Source of the DNA: Octopus bimaculoides
Lineage: Eukaryota
NCBI RefSeq assembly: GCF_001194135.2
Contig: NC_068993.1
Location: forward strand, 56,283,210-56,347,209
DNA: 64,000 bases
Direction: 5' to 3'
This document shows, one piece after another, positions 63,367 through 64,000 of this stretch. The notes under the pieces are model-generated. The model did not search any database, was not told the DNA's origin, and was given only the letters and a program-made list of their open reading frames with translations. How positions within the stretch are numbered: position 1 is the stretch's first letter; each line of letters opens with the position of its first letter. The position numbers were made by a program, and so were the translations under genes.

Positions 63367-63859
63367 AAGTACGTACGTAAGTACGAAAGTAGGTAGGTAG
63401 TTACGTACGTGTGTATGTATATATGTATATATGTATGTATGTGTATGCCAATATAGCTAACCTAAATGTTTATAATGAACTCATCAAACAAACACAGACG
63501 CAAGAGATAACGCATACTGTGATAATCGTTGTTACTGTCATCATCGTCATCATCATCATCATCATCATTAATTATGATCCCTTTAAAAGGTGATAAGATA
63601 AAGGTGTCTGTCGTAGAAGACGAAGGTCAGAAAGAGGATTCTGGACCTCTCAAATGAAAAGGAGAAGTAATAGAAGGAAAGGGGGGTTGAGCACTCAGGG
63701 CTTTTACCAAGAATTTAGTATATGGGGTTTGGGGTTGAGGTGGGGGTTCGAAATCAACAGGATTTTGTAGGTTCTCAATTTGGTAATGATAGAGCAAACA
63801 GAATAAAATATGAATGTCATACGCACAAAAACACATACTTTAACTCATACACAAATACA

Positions 63860-63864
63860 TATAG

Positions 63865-63897
<33 letters not shown>

Positions 63898-64000
63898 TGT
63901 ATGTATGTATGTATGTATGTATATATATGTATATAAACACATATATATATGTACATATATATATATATATATATGCATATCTATCTATCTATCTATCTAT
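63860..64000. repeat. (TATG)n/(TA)n/(TCTA)n compound microsatellite
   Basis: Direct observation. Confidence 0.9.

Overview
AT-rich, repeat-dense animal genomic DNA from a gapped draft assembly. Spliced genes, tRNA-derived SINEs, RTE-type LINEs and the microsatellite content suggest an octopod cephalopod (inference). I reconstructed the genes by reading GT-AG splice sites and checking phases by hand. (1) Nocturnin (+, last two coding exons, 2590-4437). (2) A minus-strand locus (13966-6772) in which two exons encoding a Mutator/MULE-derived ZSWIM3_N/FAR1-type DNA-binding domain can splice in phase onto three exons encoding a 5-hydroxyisourate hydrolase/transthyretin-like domain whose catalytic motifs are altered. 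This is the best candidate for something undescribed. (3) A six-exon single-RRM gene (+, 20259-25970) that the ORF track does not capture. (4) A complete DNAJA3/Tid1 (-, 47519-27715) with two alternative terminal exons that resemble each other. The rest is introns and intergenic DNA filled with several SINE families, RTE-X-like and BovB-like LINE pieces, an internally deleted Gypsy element with its LTR, mariner, hAT and MULE-like MITEs, remnants of Merlin, maT, pogo and Helitron, a 30-bp minisatellite and microsatellites. No rRNA, true tRNA or CRISPR array is supported. All homology calls come from motif recall, not from database searches.
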